Source: Octopus sinensis
Lineage: Eukaryota
Length of the DNA: 64,000 nucleotides
Assembly (NCBI RefSeq): GCF_006345805.1
Contig: NC_042997.1
Coordinates: 200,074,001 to 200,138,000, forward strand
Direction of reading: 5' to 3'
Shown: piece by piece, positions 40,523 to 54,249 of the stretch
Layout: the number at the start of each line of letters is the position of its first letter
Position numbering within the stretch: the first letter of the stretch is position 1
The notes under the pieces: model-generated
Told to the model about the DNA's origin: nothing
Database searches by the model: none
Seen by the model: only the letters and a program-made list of their open reading frames with translations
Position numbers and translations under genes: made by a program

Positions 40523-41374
40523 GAGGAGGCCCAGGACAATTGTAGAAGACACTTGCCCAAAATGCAGTGGGACTGAACCTGAAACTACATGGTTGGAAAG
40601 CAAATTTCTTAATCACACAGTCATGTCTGTGCTTATGTATGATAATTAAAGATACTAATGTTTACCACAACACTACCAGTAATTATGAGTGTAACACTTA
40701 TTTTAGTAGGTTAGCACTTAAATTAAAGAACAGGTGGTAGCTTCAAAGTGTTTACGTAAAGACAACCAGAAAAAGATTTTTTCATATTATTGTATTTGTA
40801 TTTGGTCTAATTTCACCTGAAATTTATCAAAACGAAGATAAACCTTCTAATGAGAATAGACATTTTAGATATTGAAGCAATTTTCAGCTTGAAATTAAGG
40901 ATGGAAAGATAATTGCGCTAGCAAGAAAACTAAACACGTTGCCAAAGTCTTGCATGAAAAGGAAACCACAAGAGTCTTGGTCAATTTAAATATATGCATG
41001 TATTCCAGTGTGAGCATATCTTTGTATGCAAGTGTGTGTAAATCAACCTGCGTTGAATATTAAAGTATATTTTGCACAAATATTGATTAAGAATGAGTGT
41101 TTGCATGTGAAGGTGTGTGGTCTAGAGGCTATGACATTGGTTTCAATAGCATAAAGGCCTGATTTCAATTTCCAGACCAGGCAGTGCATTGTGTCTTTGT
41201 GCAAACCACTTTGATTTTGGTTGTTCTGATATACTCAACTGTAAAAGAGTACCAGCCTAGTGCTGACACATCCCCTTCTCTACCCATATATTTCAGTTGC
41301 TCAAAGAATGCGAGGGCTGAGAAGGTGTCTATGTCTACTTGCATCACATAGGCACCTAAACAATTAGTAAAAGC

Positions 41375-41860
41375 ATGCTGATGCCATGTAAGAAAGCTCT
41401 GGTCATGGTACCACATAAAAAGCCCTGGTGCTGGTGCCACATAAAAAGCCCTGGTGCTGGTGCCACATAAAAAGCTCTGGTCATGGTTCCATGTAAAAAG
41501 TACTGGTGATGGTACCATGTAAAAAGCACTGGTGCCACATAAAAGGTACTGGTGATGGTGCCATGTATAAAGTACTAATGATGGTGCCATGTAAAAAGCA
41601 CTCATGATGGTGCCATGTAAAAAGCACTGGTTCCACATAAAAAGTACTAGTGATGGTGCACTGGAGCTGGTGCCATATTAAAAAGCACCCAGCACACTCT
41701 GTAAAGTGGTTGGTGTTAGGAAGGGCACCCAGCCATAGAAACCATGCCAAAACAGACAATGGAACTTGGTGTGACTCCTGTCTTTTCCAGCTCTGGTCAA
41801 ACCATCCAACCTATACCAGAATGGAAAACAGACATTAAATGATGATGATGATGATGCAAG
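41375..41860 (+). mobile_element. RTE 3' UTR fragment with expanded ~20-25-bp subrepeat array
   Basis: About a dozen ggtgNtggtgccaYRtaaaaagcact-like units, then the standard ...ggaagggcaccc...ttaaatgatgatgat tail. Confidence 0.75.
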
Positions 41861-42224
41861 ACACCATGTCATGCTTTCTAGCAAGTGATGACTACGGATG
41901 ATGTGCTGGTTATTGGCATGCATCCGAATGAGTGTGTGAGAGTACATGTTACCTAATACATGTAATTTATATAATTTTGTCTGCATATGTCTTCCTGAAG
42001 TTCTCTCTATACAACTCTAAAACCTTTTTAAAAATTCGTGTATTTGAATAATTAGGGATGACTAAATCAATTTCTTTTTGGATTTACATCTTTAATAAAC
42101 ACTATTCCTGACTTGTTTATATTTTAGCTGAATTATTCAGAGTTTGTATTATGATGTTTTCTTTTTACATGACTTAGCAGTGTGTACAGTAAGCTCAATA
42201 TCATTGTCATCATCACCAATACTA

Positions 42225-42722
42225 CCACCACCACCACCATCACCACCACCACCACCACCACCACACCACCACCACCACCAACATCACCACAACCATCCCA
42301 CCACCAGCATCATCACCACCACCACCTCAACCACCACCACCAACACCACCACCACCACCTCAACCACCACCACCACCAACATCACCACAACCATCCCACC
42401 ACAACCACCACCACCACAACCACCACCACAACCACAACCATCCCACCGCAACCACCACCACCACCACCACCACCACCATCACCACAACCACCACCACCAC
42501 CACCACCACCACCACCACCACCTCAACCACCACCACCACCACCGCCACCACCACCACCACAACAGCCACCACCAGCATCACCACCGCCACCAACACCGTC
42601 ACCATCACCACAACCACAACCACCACCACCACCACTACCACAATGACGACCACCACCATCATCACAACCACAACCACAACCCCCACCTCCTCCTCCACCA
42701 CCACCACCACCACTACCACCAT
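42225..42722. repeat. (CAC/CAT/CAA)n low-complexity repeat
   Basis: Direct reading. Confidence 0.95.
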
Positions 42723-43479
42723 TATTTCTGGCCTTGTGCCAAAATTTGAAACCATTATTATTATTATGATTATTGTTGTTGTTGTTGTTGTTATGTTATC
42801 ATTAACAGAGAGTAGTGAACTGACAGAATTATTAAAATGCCAGACAAAAATGTTTAGTGGCATTTCTTCTGACTTAGCGTTCTTCGTTCAATACCATTAG
42901 GGTCAACTTTGGCTTTAATCCTTCCAACTCATAGTGTGGAAAACGCTGTAAAACAGTGATGAAGACATTGATAATGATGATGATGATGATTATCATGATG
43001 TGTTTGTTTCACTTTTAGAACTATTTAAATCCTCCAAATAGCAGCAACAATAGAAAACCCTTCAGAGAAGTTCAACATCTTTAACCCTTGATTGCTAATG
43101 CCTTCAGTGTCAAAATACATTTAATATAAGGAACAATTAAAACCCTTACTATACTATCGATCCTGTAGTCATGGTACCATTTGCATTCGAATATACAAAT
43201 TAATGTTGGAACATGTGAATCTAGATACCAGAATTACTAAAAGTTAATAATATATTTCTTGAACTGAATTTTTATGCTTTTTGAATATGAGCAAACAACC
43301 CGAATCACTTCTCGATGATTGGTGACATCTGTGAAATCTGTCTCTTAGCATACTTTTAGTATATTTTTTTGCTGATGAATTCCACTCTTACAGAGCTTGG
43401 TTCCTACAGATATACATACATAATGACTAGTGACTGGGACCTTTGGAAATATGCTGTGCTTGAGAAGACTCAGCAAGCC

Positions 43480-44050
43480 CAAGTGAGACCATAACCTCGT
43501 GGCCTATGCCAGGGGTGTAACCAGCTCTGCTTGCGAAAACCTATTGAGGCAAGGGCAATTGAAATCGAAATCAAATTCGATGATTGGCATTCGTGCTAGT
43601 GGAGCGCTAAGAGTTCCATACGAGTGTGATCGTTGCCAGAGCAACAAGGTGGCCTCCGTGTCAGTGGCACATAAAAAACACCATTTGAGCATGATCATTA
43701 CCTGCATCACCTTACTGGCACTTGTGCTGGAGGCACAGAAAAAAAAAACATTTGAATGAGGTTGTTGCCAGTGCCACTGGACTGGCTCCTGTGCAGGTGG
43801 CACATAAAAAGCACCATTTGAGCGTGGCAGTTGCCAGTACTGCCTGACTGGCCCTCATGCTGGTGGCACGTAAAAGCACCCACTACACTCTTGGATTGGT
43901 TGACATTAGGAAGGGCATCCAACTATAGAAACTCTACCAGATCAGATTGGAGTCTGGTGCAGCAATCTGGTTTGTCAGACCTCAGTCAAATCGTCCAACC
44001 CATGCTAGCATGGAAAGCAGATGTTAAACGATGATGATGATGATGATGAT
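43480..44050 (+). mobile_element. RTE 3' UTR fragment
   Basis: Homologous to the reverse complement of 58815-59340 and 15895-16330; ends in (GAT)n. Confidence 0.8.
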
Positions 44051-44055
44051 ATATG

Positions 44056-44576
44056 TATATATGTAACATACAATGTGTATGTCTATTGAACTATATAAGC
44101 CATTGATACAAATTAATAATTTATTCTTGGTCATATTTACATTTATGATTTTGAGAGAACCTAGTCTAATCTTATAGATTTCTGATCTTGGCTCAAATCA
44201 ATATTGATTATGCAACACAAATCATGTCGTCAACTTTTTACATGTACCAAAGACAACCAATACTAATGTTTACATGAAATTTACAAAGAATGTGGCAGAG
44301 GTCAAAAGAAAACAAAACTTTAGTTGTTACTTATCTGAACTTGGTATTTATCATTAAATATACTTCAATTCATGTGTAACAATGATTACAAACACAAGAA
44401 ATATGGTAGGGCTTCTGACTTTCATTTCAGACTACTGAGAAATTTAACAGTCAAGGGTCAAAGAACTTAGACTCCTTTAAAAGGTCAAGGCTGGAATGCT
44501 TATGATTATCTATCTGTTCAACTAGTGATGACATTAAGGCTATGCAACAAAAACAATCATAAAACACATTATCTAT
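44056..44576. repeat. Left arm of ~520-bp inverted duplication
   Basis: Reverse complement of 47723-48243; about 5 substitutions seen by eye. Confidence 0.9.
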
Positions 44577-44624
44577 TCTTGAATGTCATGTGATTTCCAT
44601 TCAAAATATTTCTTAAATTATTTT

Positions 44625-45030
44625 GTACCGCCTTACTGGCACTTGTGCTCGTGCTAGTAGAGTGCCAAAAGCACCATCTGAATGTGATCGTTGCCAGAGC
44701 AGCCAACTGGCTTCCTTCCGGGCTGGTAGCATGTAAAAGGGCACCATTCGAGCATGATCATTACCAACGTCGCATTATTAGCACCTGTGCTGGTGGCATG
44801 TGTAAAAAAATTCGAGTAAGGTCGTTGCCAGTACCGCCTGACTGGCCCCTGTGACGGTGGCACATAAAAAGCACCCACTACACTCTCGGAGTGGTTGGTG
44901 TTAGGAAGGGCATCCAGCTGTAGAAACTCTACCAGATCAAGATTGGAGCCTGGTGCAGCCATCTGGTTCACCAGCCCTCAGTCAAAATAGCCCAACCCAT
45001 GCTAGCATGGAAAGCGGACGTTAAACGATG
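44625..45030 (+). mobile_element. RTE 3' UTR fragment
   Basis: Ends ...ccatgctagcatggaaagcggacgttaaacgatg. Confidence 0.8.
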
Positions 45031-47044
45031 AATGTCCTTGAGCAAGGCACATAATTCCACATTATTCCAGTCTCCTCTGCTGAAGATGAGTACTAACCAA
45101 CCGTTGGTGCAAACAATTCCTTCTTCTAGCTGTCACGATCTCAATGTTCCACTAGATCGAGGATGTAAGGGGCAAGAGGATGTCTTACGTCTGCTCACAA
45201 TTACACAAATATTAAAAACAATTTATGAAAGCAGGATACAAGCTACCATATCACTGAATTGCATGTGATGGCTAAGCTTATTTTTGACAATGTCTAATTT
45301 CTGTTTTGCTTCTTGATTAGTTTAAGAAGATTTAGACTTAAAACTTTACATCCATACTGCAGAAAATTGTGCAGATATTTTTGTGTCAATTTCCTTAGCT
45401 ATTGAATGCAAATATACTCGTATACCACACTTTTCCTCAGTTGCATATTTATTCATTGTGCTACACATTAATCTTCTTAATATCCAGTAAAACCTGAATA
45501 TTATTTCTGCATAATAGAATATTATGTTAACCAAAGTGGATTAAACTACTACGTAAGAGTTGCTTATAAAATTTGAAATTTATACTCATCCAACTTTAAC
45601 TTGTTATAGCTAAAGGAATATAGAATATGTTCAATATTATGTAACAGTTGGAATGCGTAAATATTTTAGATTGGAGCAAGTGGATTCTGAGCCTTTTCCA
45701 ATAATTATTTATCGATTATATTTCAGTAAATAGTAATTAGATATCAAATTTGGTGCCTGTTCCTTTGGTCACTTGCCAGACTCAGAATTTCAAATGAAAA
45801 TAATCCTTTAAATCTGATAAATAGCATAGCACACCTTGAATATAATTTATAAACTATGTCTTTAATAGTAACATTTATTAATAAATAGTATTTCATAAGT
45901 TATGTGGCCCCTTTATTATATCACTGTTTGAAGAAGTTCCTGGATTATATTAGAATGTCTCTGCTACTGCTATATAATTAATAGCCTCTGAGAATCGTAT
46001 TTATATCAAAGCAGATGAAAATGAAATTCATGGTTGTAAATGAAATTCATAGTTGTAATTATTATATAATACATGGCTGCAATCTTCTGGTTGGAACCAG
46101 TAAAATAATATGAATCCATTTGTTGGCAATGGACTTCTTACTGATTAATAATTCAAATTTTTTCAATGATTTTATTGCTTTGATTCATGAATACAAATAG
46201 CAGATAATTACTGACAAATGTAATGGGTGAAAAAACATCTTTGTTATATTATTTACAAAACATTTGTGGTGGCCGATTACAATGCTACACAGTACTTAGT
46301 AGTGACTGTTTATGTTCTGAGTTCAAATCCCACTGATTTTAACTTTGTTTCCCATATACTTTGAGGGAGATAACAAATGAACTACAAGTTAAATACCAGG
46401 TTGTTTTAATCACTTACAATATCCCACTGAATTATATGATCACCAGCATCTTTATCTTCTTTCCAGCTACTCCCACCCACCCCTATGTAATGTGGGCTAC
46501 CCATGTATCTCTTCAACAGCAAGACAACATCATATAAGACTGTTAATAAAGTAGTGACTGTAAAATTTCCCCATTATCCTGAGGTACCATTAACAAACCA
46601 AATGTGATAATTTCACAAATGATATATTCTTTAAAAGAAAAAAAATATTGAAATTATTTTGTAATTTTTATTCTATTGATTATTATTGTTATTATTATTA
46701 TTATTATCAAGACGGCAAGCTGGCAGAATCGTGGGCATGCTGGACAAAATGCTCAGCAGTATTTCATCCGTCTTTACAATCTCTCTATCCTACTTTAGCC
46801 TATCAACACCTGACATAAAGCCAGCTCCCCGTCAACTACAACCCCACTTAGTTGAGGGGTCATCTTCTTTTTCTTTGTCTTGCAAATTATTTAGTAGTCT
46901 CACAAGTGCTGCTCTCATCTAAAAAGTACCTAGTATACTCAGTAAAGTGTTTGGTATTAAGAAGGAAAACCATGTCAAAGCAGACATTGAAGCTTGATGC
47001 AGTCCTTCTGCTTGTCAGATTCTGTCAATTGCTCATCATCATGT

Positions 47045-47720
47045 TGGACAAAACACATCGCTAAAATTGTCAAGAAGGCTGAGGGTGTCTTGGCATCATT
47101 CACCAAATCCTTTGTGAGCCGCTCTCCGGCTATCTATCTGCGGCTGTATATAGCTATGGTAAGACCTCACCTGGAGTTTGCATCGCCGGTCTGGAGCCCC
47201 TATCTTGCCCAGGACATCAATCGTCTGGAAGCTGTTCAGCGACGTGCAACCAAAAGAATACCCTCCATCAGGCATTTGCCATATCCTGAACGCCTTATCT
47301 CCCTGGGCATGGACACATTGAAACTCCGACGTCTGGCAGCTGACTTGGCAGACACCCATAAAATTATCAACCATCGCACAAACAATAACTCTGAGCACCT
47401 CTTCAAACTCCACCCATCTAACACCCGTGGACATATTTACAAAGTAAGAAAACAGCACAGCTCCCATGACTTCAGGAAACATTTTTTCACGCTGAGAGTT
47501 GCTGAAGCGTGGAACAAACTGCCGACATCGGTTGTTAGTTGTCGGAGCACTGCTTCCTTCAAGACTTCCATGCTTCCTGAGATTCGCCAACACTACACTT
47601 GATTTTCTCCCCTCCATACACCCAGACATTTCTACACTACTGCATGTACTTTATATGCACTTTCTGACAAGTTGTGGTGCACCTGAGCACTGTATACAAT
47701 AATTTCATTATTATTATTAT
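47045..47720 (+). mobile_element. CR1-clade LINE 3' end (5'-truncated)
   Basis: Open frame ...LYIAMVRPHLEFASPVWSP...LEAVQRRATK...LKLRR...TRGH..K...RKHFFTLRVAEAWNKLP, stop at 47602, short UTR and (ATT)n tail. Confidence 0.9.
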
Positions 47721-47722
47721 AT

Positions 47723-48233
47723 ATAGATAATGTGTTTTATGATTGTTTTTGTTGCATAGCCTTAATGTCATCACTAGTTGAACAGATAGATAATCATAAG
47801 CATTTCAGCCTTGACCTTTTAAAGGAGTTTAAGTTCTTTGACCCTTGACTGTTAAATTTCTCAGTAGTCTGAAATGACAGTCAGAACCCCTACCATATTT
47901 CTTGTGTTTGTAATCATTGTTACACATGAATTGAAGTATATTTAATGATAAATACCAAGTTCAGATAAGTAACAACTAAAGTTTTGTTTTCTTTTGACCT
48001 CTGCCACATTCTTTGTAAATTTCATGTAAACATTAGTATTGGTTGTCTTTGGTACATGTAAAAAGTTGACGACATGATTTGTGTTGCATAATCAATATTG
48101 ATTTGAGCCAAGATCAGAAATCTATAAGATTAGACTAGGTTCTCTCAAAATCATAAATGTAAATATGACCAAGAATAAATTATTAATTTGTATCAATGGC
48201 TGATATAGTTCAATAGACATACACATTGTATGT

Positions 48234-48243
<10 letters not shown>
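47723..48243. repeat. Right arm of ~520-bp inverted duplication
   Basis: Reverse complement of 44056-44576. Confidence 0.9.
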
Positions 48244-48279
<36 letters not shown>

Positions 48280-48315
48280 AATATATATATATATATACTT
48301 TATTTAAAGCAGCAG

Positions 48316-48443
48316 AAAATTCAACAAAACCTGTTACTCTGAGTTTCCTGTTGCCGTTCATTGGACAGTTTTTGCTAGATTCCAGCAAAACTGTCCGATG
48401 AACGGCAACGGGAAACTCAGAGTAACAGGTTTTGTTGAATTTT
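48316..48443. repeat. Near-perfect ~60-bp-arm hairpin containing hammerhead-like motifs
   Basis: Arms 48316-48376 / 48384-48443, 7-nt loop agattcc; right arm reads CUGU-CCGAUGA-ACGGCAACGG-GAAAC UCAG AGUA^ACAG. Confidence 0.8.
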
Positions 48444-49369
48444 TATTCATATTACTCTACCACTGGTATTTGAGTACTCTTTTTTCCACCTTGTTTCACA
48501 TTTATGTATTTACTCCGGTATATATATATATATATATGATGCCCACAGAACACTCTGTAACAAACATGGTGATGCCCAGCCCATAAAGCAAAGCTGAATG
48601 ACACACATATGAAGCACCACTCTGTGGGAGCATTGGCTGTGATGATTCATAAAAGGATGATGATGATGATGATGATGATGGTAATCATCAGGATCATGAA
48701 GATCAGGAAGATCATGATCATGATCAAGACAATGACGATGATGACAATGATGATGATGATGATGATGATGACAGTGATGATATAAGCAATACACTAAAAC
48801 TTATGTTTATCCATTTAAAATACTTCGTTGTAATATTTACCAAAACACACACACACACACACACACACTCACACACACACACACACCACACACACAAAGA
48901 TAAACAAAACTGCTGAAAACTGGAGTTGATAACAAAAATCACAGTCATTAAAATTTCAGATTATAAGCAATTGTTTTCAAATAAATTAATTACTTATTTG
49001 AAATTATAAGTGTTTATCACATTTCTAATGCACTTATTGAATTTCTGCATTGCTTCTTTTGGCTGGTTTCTTCTCTCAAGATATACTTATGCAGTTTGAT
49101 TGTGATCAACATATTCTTCATAACAGAATTAAATGATTTTTGATAGACAAGTTATTCTCACTTCTCTCTCCATTCTATCTTCAGAATTCATTTTTATTAT
49201 ATACTAATTTCTTTACATTAAGTATTAATATATTTACATTTAAAGTATTGAAGAAAAATCAGCTCAAAATGCTACAAGAGCCACTCACATCAATAAAATC
49301 AATACATACTTGATTTGCAGTTTTTTTTTTAATGCATACCATGGATACATGGAAGATAGATGTTAAACG

Positions 49370-49388
49370 ACGATGACAATCATTATAC

Positions 49389-49462
<74 letters not shown>

Positions 49463-49558
49463 GTAATGGTGATGGTGATGGTGATGATGATGGTGATGAT
49501 GATGATGATGGTGGTGATGATGATGATGATGATGATGCAGATGATGATGATGATGGTA

Positions 49559-49602
<44 letters not shown>

Positions 49603-49646
49603 TGTGGTGGTGGTGGTGATGATGATGATGATGGTAGTGGTGGTGG

Positions 49647-49685
<39 letters not shown>

Positions 49686-49690
49686 CACTT
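49370..49690. repeat. (GAT/GGT)n repeat
   Basis: Direct reading. Confidence 0.95.
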
Positions 49691-50519
49691 TGAACTGAAA
49701 TCAAAACACATTACAAATTGAAACCAGAATAAGAAGATGAATTAACCTAATGACATTCTAATTTGGATAAAGACAATAAATTAACCAGTAATGAATTGAC
49801 CTGGCAACAAATTGACCCCGGCAACTCATTGACCAATGACAATGAATTGTATGGTGACAAATCGTCTGTTGACTAATTGTCCTGGCATCCACACATCAGT
49901 GGTCTCGTCCATTGTCTCCCTTATCTGTAAAACATTCTTCTCACTGAAAACGCCACTTAGTTCCAACTGTTTTTGTCATGCACTTTATAAATTTAACATG
50001 TTTTCATTGTAAAACACCATATTCAATAAACTTTCCCTTTCTTATTTCTCTCTCCTTTTCAGTGGGAAGGACCACATGGGTCTTTACTTGTTTATTTATA
50101 TTTTTGTGTCTTGTTTTATTTTTTTTGCACCTAAAAATTATCCTTCAGAATTAAATCTATCACCAGAAATTAAAACTACCATCTCAAAGTAAAGCCTAAC
50201 ACTTGAAATTAAATCTCCCTAAAAAGAAAAAAAAAATGTTAAAAAAGCTTCTAGTTTATCTCTTAAAGTTAAGTTTACCATTCTTTGAGACTTTTAGGGA
50301 AAAGAAACTTTTAAGTATTAAATCACTCCAAATGTTTTTTTGTATCTATGTATGAACAAGTAAAAAAGCTAAAACTTTTGTGCATTGCATATATAAAAAC
50401 CTTGTTAGTTATCTTCAAGGAAAATTCAGCTGGTTTATTTAACAAAGATTTAATCACCCTTTTACGATAATGAGTACAAAACCTTGTTTGAGATTTTTGA
50501 TAAAAAAATATTTATTCTT

Positions 50520-50902
50520 TTACTCTTTTACTTGTTTCAGTCATTTGACTGCGGCCATGCTGGAGCACCACCTTTAGTCGAGCAACTCGACCCCAGGACT
50601 TATTCTTTGTAAGCCCAGTACTTATTCTATCGGTCTCTTTTGCCGAACCGCTAAGTGATGGGGACGTAAACACACCAGCATCGGTTGTCAAGCAATGCTA
50701 GGGGGACAAACACAGACACACAAACACATACACACACATACATATACATATATATATATATATATACATATATACGACAGGCTTCTTTCAGTTTCCGTCT
50801 ACCAAATCCACTCACAAGGCATTGGTCGGCCTGAGGCTATAGTAGAAGACACTTGCCCAAGATGCCACGCAGTGGGACTGAACCCGGAACCATGTGGTTG
50901 GT
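50520..50902 (-). mobile_element. SINE family A
   Basis: Reverse complement highly similar to 10956-11390. Confidence 0.85.
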
Positions 50903-50989
50903 TTTGTTGCTACAAATTTCAAGAACTGAGATAATTTGAAGCTTAATGCTCATGGAGTAGGTATTATAATAGTTGCTGTCATGATGTTA

Positions 50990-51800
50990 GCTGATCCTTG
51001 TGTTTGCAGCTGTCATCTGTCCATTGTTTTTGCATTGTGACAACACCCTGGCCGGCTGCTGGTTGTGCTATTATCTGCTGACTGCTGTCTTCTGTGTCCA
51101 GTCTGATGTTGTCTGCTGCCAACTGTCTTTTGATAGTGGCTAAAATGTGCTGAAAATATATTGGTGGTCTTGCACAGAAAAAGTGTGCCAGAGATGAAAT
51201 TGTTGCTTGATCTGGTTCCATATGAAGTCTTGAATGGTCAGACATTTTGATGACTCTTTACTCTTTACTCTTTTACTTGTTTCAGTAATTTGACTGCGGC
51301 CATGCTGGAGCACCGCCTTTAGTCGAGCAAATCGACCCCGGGACTTATTCTTTGTAAGCCCAGTACTTATTCTATCGGTCTCTTTTGCCGAACTACTAAG
51401 TGACGGGGACGTAAACACACCAGCATCGGTTGTCAAGCAATGCTAGGGGGACAAACACAGACACACAAACACACGCACACATATATATATACATATATAC
51501 GACAGGCTTCTTTCAGTTTCCGTCTACCAAATCCACTCACAAGGCATTGGTCGGCCCGGGGCTATAGCAGAAGACACTTGCCCAAGATGCCACGCAGTGG
51601 GACTGAACCCAGAACCATGTGGTTGGTTAGCAAGCTACTTACCACACAGCCACTCCTAGCCACTCCTGATGTTGGTAATATTTTAGCAAATGATGATTAT
51701 ATTCTTGAGTTGTCATTTTGCATCAGATATACAGGTCCAGGTTCAATTTCTAAGTTAGCTATTCCTGATACAACCCAAACAACACACTATGACTACAAGC
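50990..51800 (-). pseudogene. Highly decayed Tc1-like transposase C-terminus, interrupted by a SINE
   Basis: Minus frames ...PGPVYLMQNDNSR...SGV [SINE] ...LTIQDFIWNQIKQQ...DSWQQ loosely recall QxDN / PIExxWxxLK / W motifs. Weak, by-eye resemblance. Confidence 0.35.
51255..51658 (-). mobile_element. SINE family A (young-looking copy)
   Basis: Reverse complement nearly identical to 10956-11390. Confidence 0.85.
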
Positions 51801-52169
51801 CCACTCGTGTAATGTTACCTCTCTCTCTTAATTTTCTTCTGTGACTTTAATGGCTTCTGTTGTGTCTCTGCCTTGTTCCACTGAATGTGCCCACTTCTCC
51901 TTGTGGTGCCTTACTGCATAAGTCAATCACAGACAATCTATATGGATATTCTAACCTATGAAAATAGCAGCCAGATCTCCCTTAAATCATATCCCATCCC
52001 AAAGATGTATTGGATAATGTGGCCCTAATTTTGTTGCACACTGGATGGGATGGTCATGACTGGAATGCTTTAGATTATAGTTTTCCTTGATCAGGAAAGG
52101 CCAAAGGCCAAACGACAGCTGTGGTTCAGCCATTATTAAACTCTACATTTAAATCCCTTCCTCAATAAT

Positions 52170-52360
52170 CTCTCTTCAAAGCTGGAGCTCAAGATATTGG
52201 AAAGAACTGTTATAAATGGCTGGTCCCATCACATCTAAAATGTTTTCTAAAGGACTGCGCATTTCAAAGCACATTACCTAATATCTTCATGTTTCCAACG
52301 ATCAAGATACATATATATATATATAAATTATATACATATATACATACATACATACATATA

Positions 52361-52396
<36 letters not shown>

Positions 52397-52790
52397 TGTA
52401 TGTATGTATGTATGTATAGATATATGAATATATATATATATATATATACATACACACACACACACACATATATATACAGAGTGAAAGAGAGAGAGATGAG
52501 GAATGCAGAATTTGGCGATGATCTGTACAAGATCTGAAGCACATTGAGGATAATAAGAAAGGATATTATCAGAGCTTGTCACTTTGTTGTGAACTTACTG
52601 TCAGTCCTTTTGTACTAGATGTCATTCGGAAAGAACTCCATCTTGCCTTTGTTGTAGATAAAGTGTAACTCAGAGAAGGTTTTATAAGGATGCTTGTGAT
52701 GGTTTGAGTTAATAGGAAGTTTCTAACCCAAGAGGTGAGAAACATAGGCAGCCCAGAAACCAACAGCTTTTCAAGGAGATTTTAACTATA
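52170..52790 (-). pseudogene. Decayed LINE RT remnant (L2/Rex-like), split by a microsatellite
   Basis: LVSGLPMFLTSWVRNFL..., [16 protein letters not shown], ...SSFQYLELQL recall SWIxNFL / WCxxNxLxLN / SFKYLG motifs. Confidence 0.4.
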
Positions 52791-53394
52791 AAGCATGGTG
52801 CTTCTCTAAGCAATGCAGATTTCACTAAAAATACACGTATTTCAATCAAAGATTATTATAGAATGTTGCTTATTGTTTGATCTATTTTGTGTTCCTTTGT
52901 TTCCTTTTAAAATTCTTATTCCTGCAGAAATAATCAATTTTTGCCAGTTTTCTCAATTTGCTCATTTGACTACCATAGTTGCTCAACCTGCTAAAAATTG
53001 CAGCTAAATCTCCCTCACAATCATATGCTATCAGCAGTGACATAAAAGAAGGTATAAGTCAATGTCGTTTGAGATGCACAGTTCATAGAAAACAAAAGAT
53101 GAGATGGTCAAAAATGGAATGCCTTTAGTTATAGATCTGCTTGTCCAGGGAAGAACTGGATTTAAACAACAACAACAACAACAGCAGCAGCAGCAGCAAC
53201 AACAACAACAATATCAAATAGGTTCGTTGTGTAAAACCCTTGCTAACATCCTCTATTTTGGTATTTGAATATGTTATCTGGTTTTCTCAGGTTGATTATA
53301 TTTCTATTAAGGCATATGATATCAATCATCATGCTTCACTCATTTTATGATCTTTCATGATTATATTTCGTGGTCAAATAGCTTTCTTATCTGT

Positions 53395-53758
53395 GTGAAT
53401 GGATGATGGTGGTGGTGGTAGTGTTGGTGGTCATGATGGTGATGGTAATGATAATAATGGTGATGACGATGATGACGATGATGATGGCAGTTATATGATA
53501 ATGCTGAAGATGATGATGATAGTAGCAGTGGTGGTAGTTATGGTGATGTTTACGACGACGACGACGATGATGATAATGATGAGGAGGGTGGTGATAAAGA
53601 TAATGGGGATGATGGTGAAGATGATGATGATGATGATGATGATGATGGTGGAGGTGGTGGTGGTTGTGGTAGTGGTAATGGTAGTGGTTGTGGTGATGTT
53701 GATGACGACGGCAATAATGATGAAGACCGTGATGATGATGATGATGATAGCAATGATG

Positions 53759-53789
<31 letters not shown>

Positions 53790-53953
53790 GATGATGATGA
53801 TTATGATGATGATGGTGGTAATGGTGGTAGTGGTGATAGTGGTGGTGGTGGTGTTGCTGACGACGAAGACGATGATAATAACAGCGAAGATGGTGATGAT
53901 GGCGATGATAATGGTAATGATGGCTGTGGTAATGGCGATGGTAATAGTGCTGG

Positions 53954-54000
<47 letters not shown>
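53395..54000. repeat. (GAT/GGT)n low-complexity repeat
   Basis: Direct reading. Confidence 0.95.
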
Positions 54001-54249
54001 GAAATATTCTCACTGTGCTGTAATTGAATTATTCCCCCTGTCCCCTGCAACTCCTCTCATCTCTGCTGGTTTCTGATCATTCCACTTTCTGCTTAGTCTT
54101 TGATAACAGTAACAATTCCACCAATCCAGTTATCCAGCTGCTCAATTATAAATGACTTCTCCTTCCTAATTACTCTCAACAGTTATTTTGACACCTTAAA
54201 TTAATAACTTCCTCTAATTCATATGCTGTCTTTTTCTTCTATTTCACAT

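Noticed and set aside
41375-41700. Regularly spaced ~25-bp repeats resembling a CRISPR array
   Set aside because: No unique spacers; the units are degenerate subrepeats of the RTE 3' UTR in a eukaryotic context, and no cas genes are present.
50979-51245. 88-aa minus ORF as a host exon
   Set aside because: Starts inside a SINE junction, and another frame resembles decayed Tc1 transposase.
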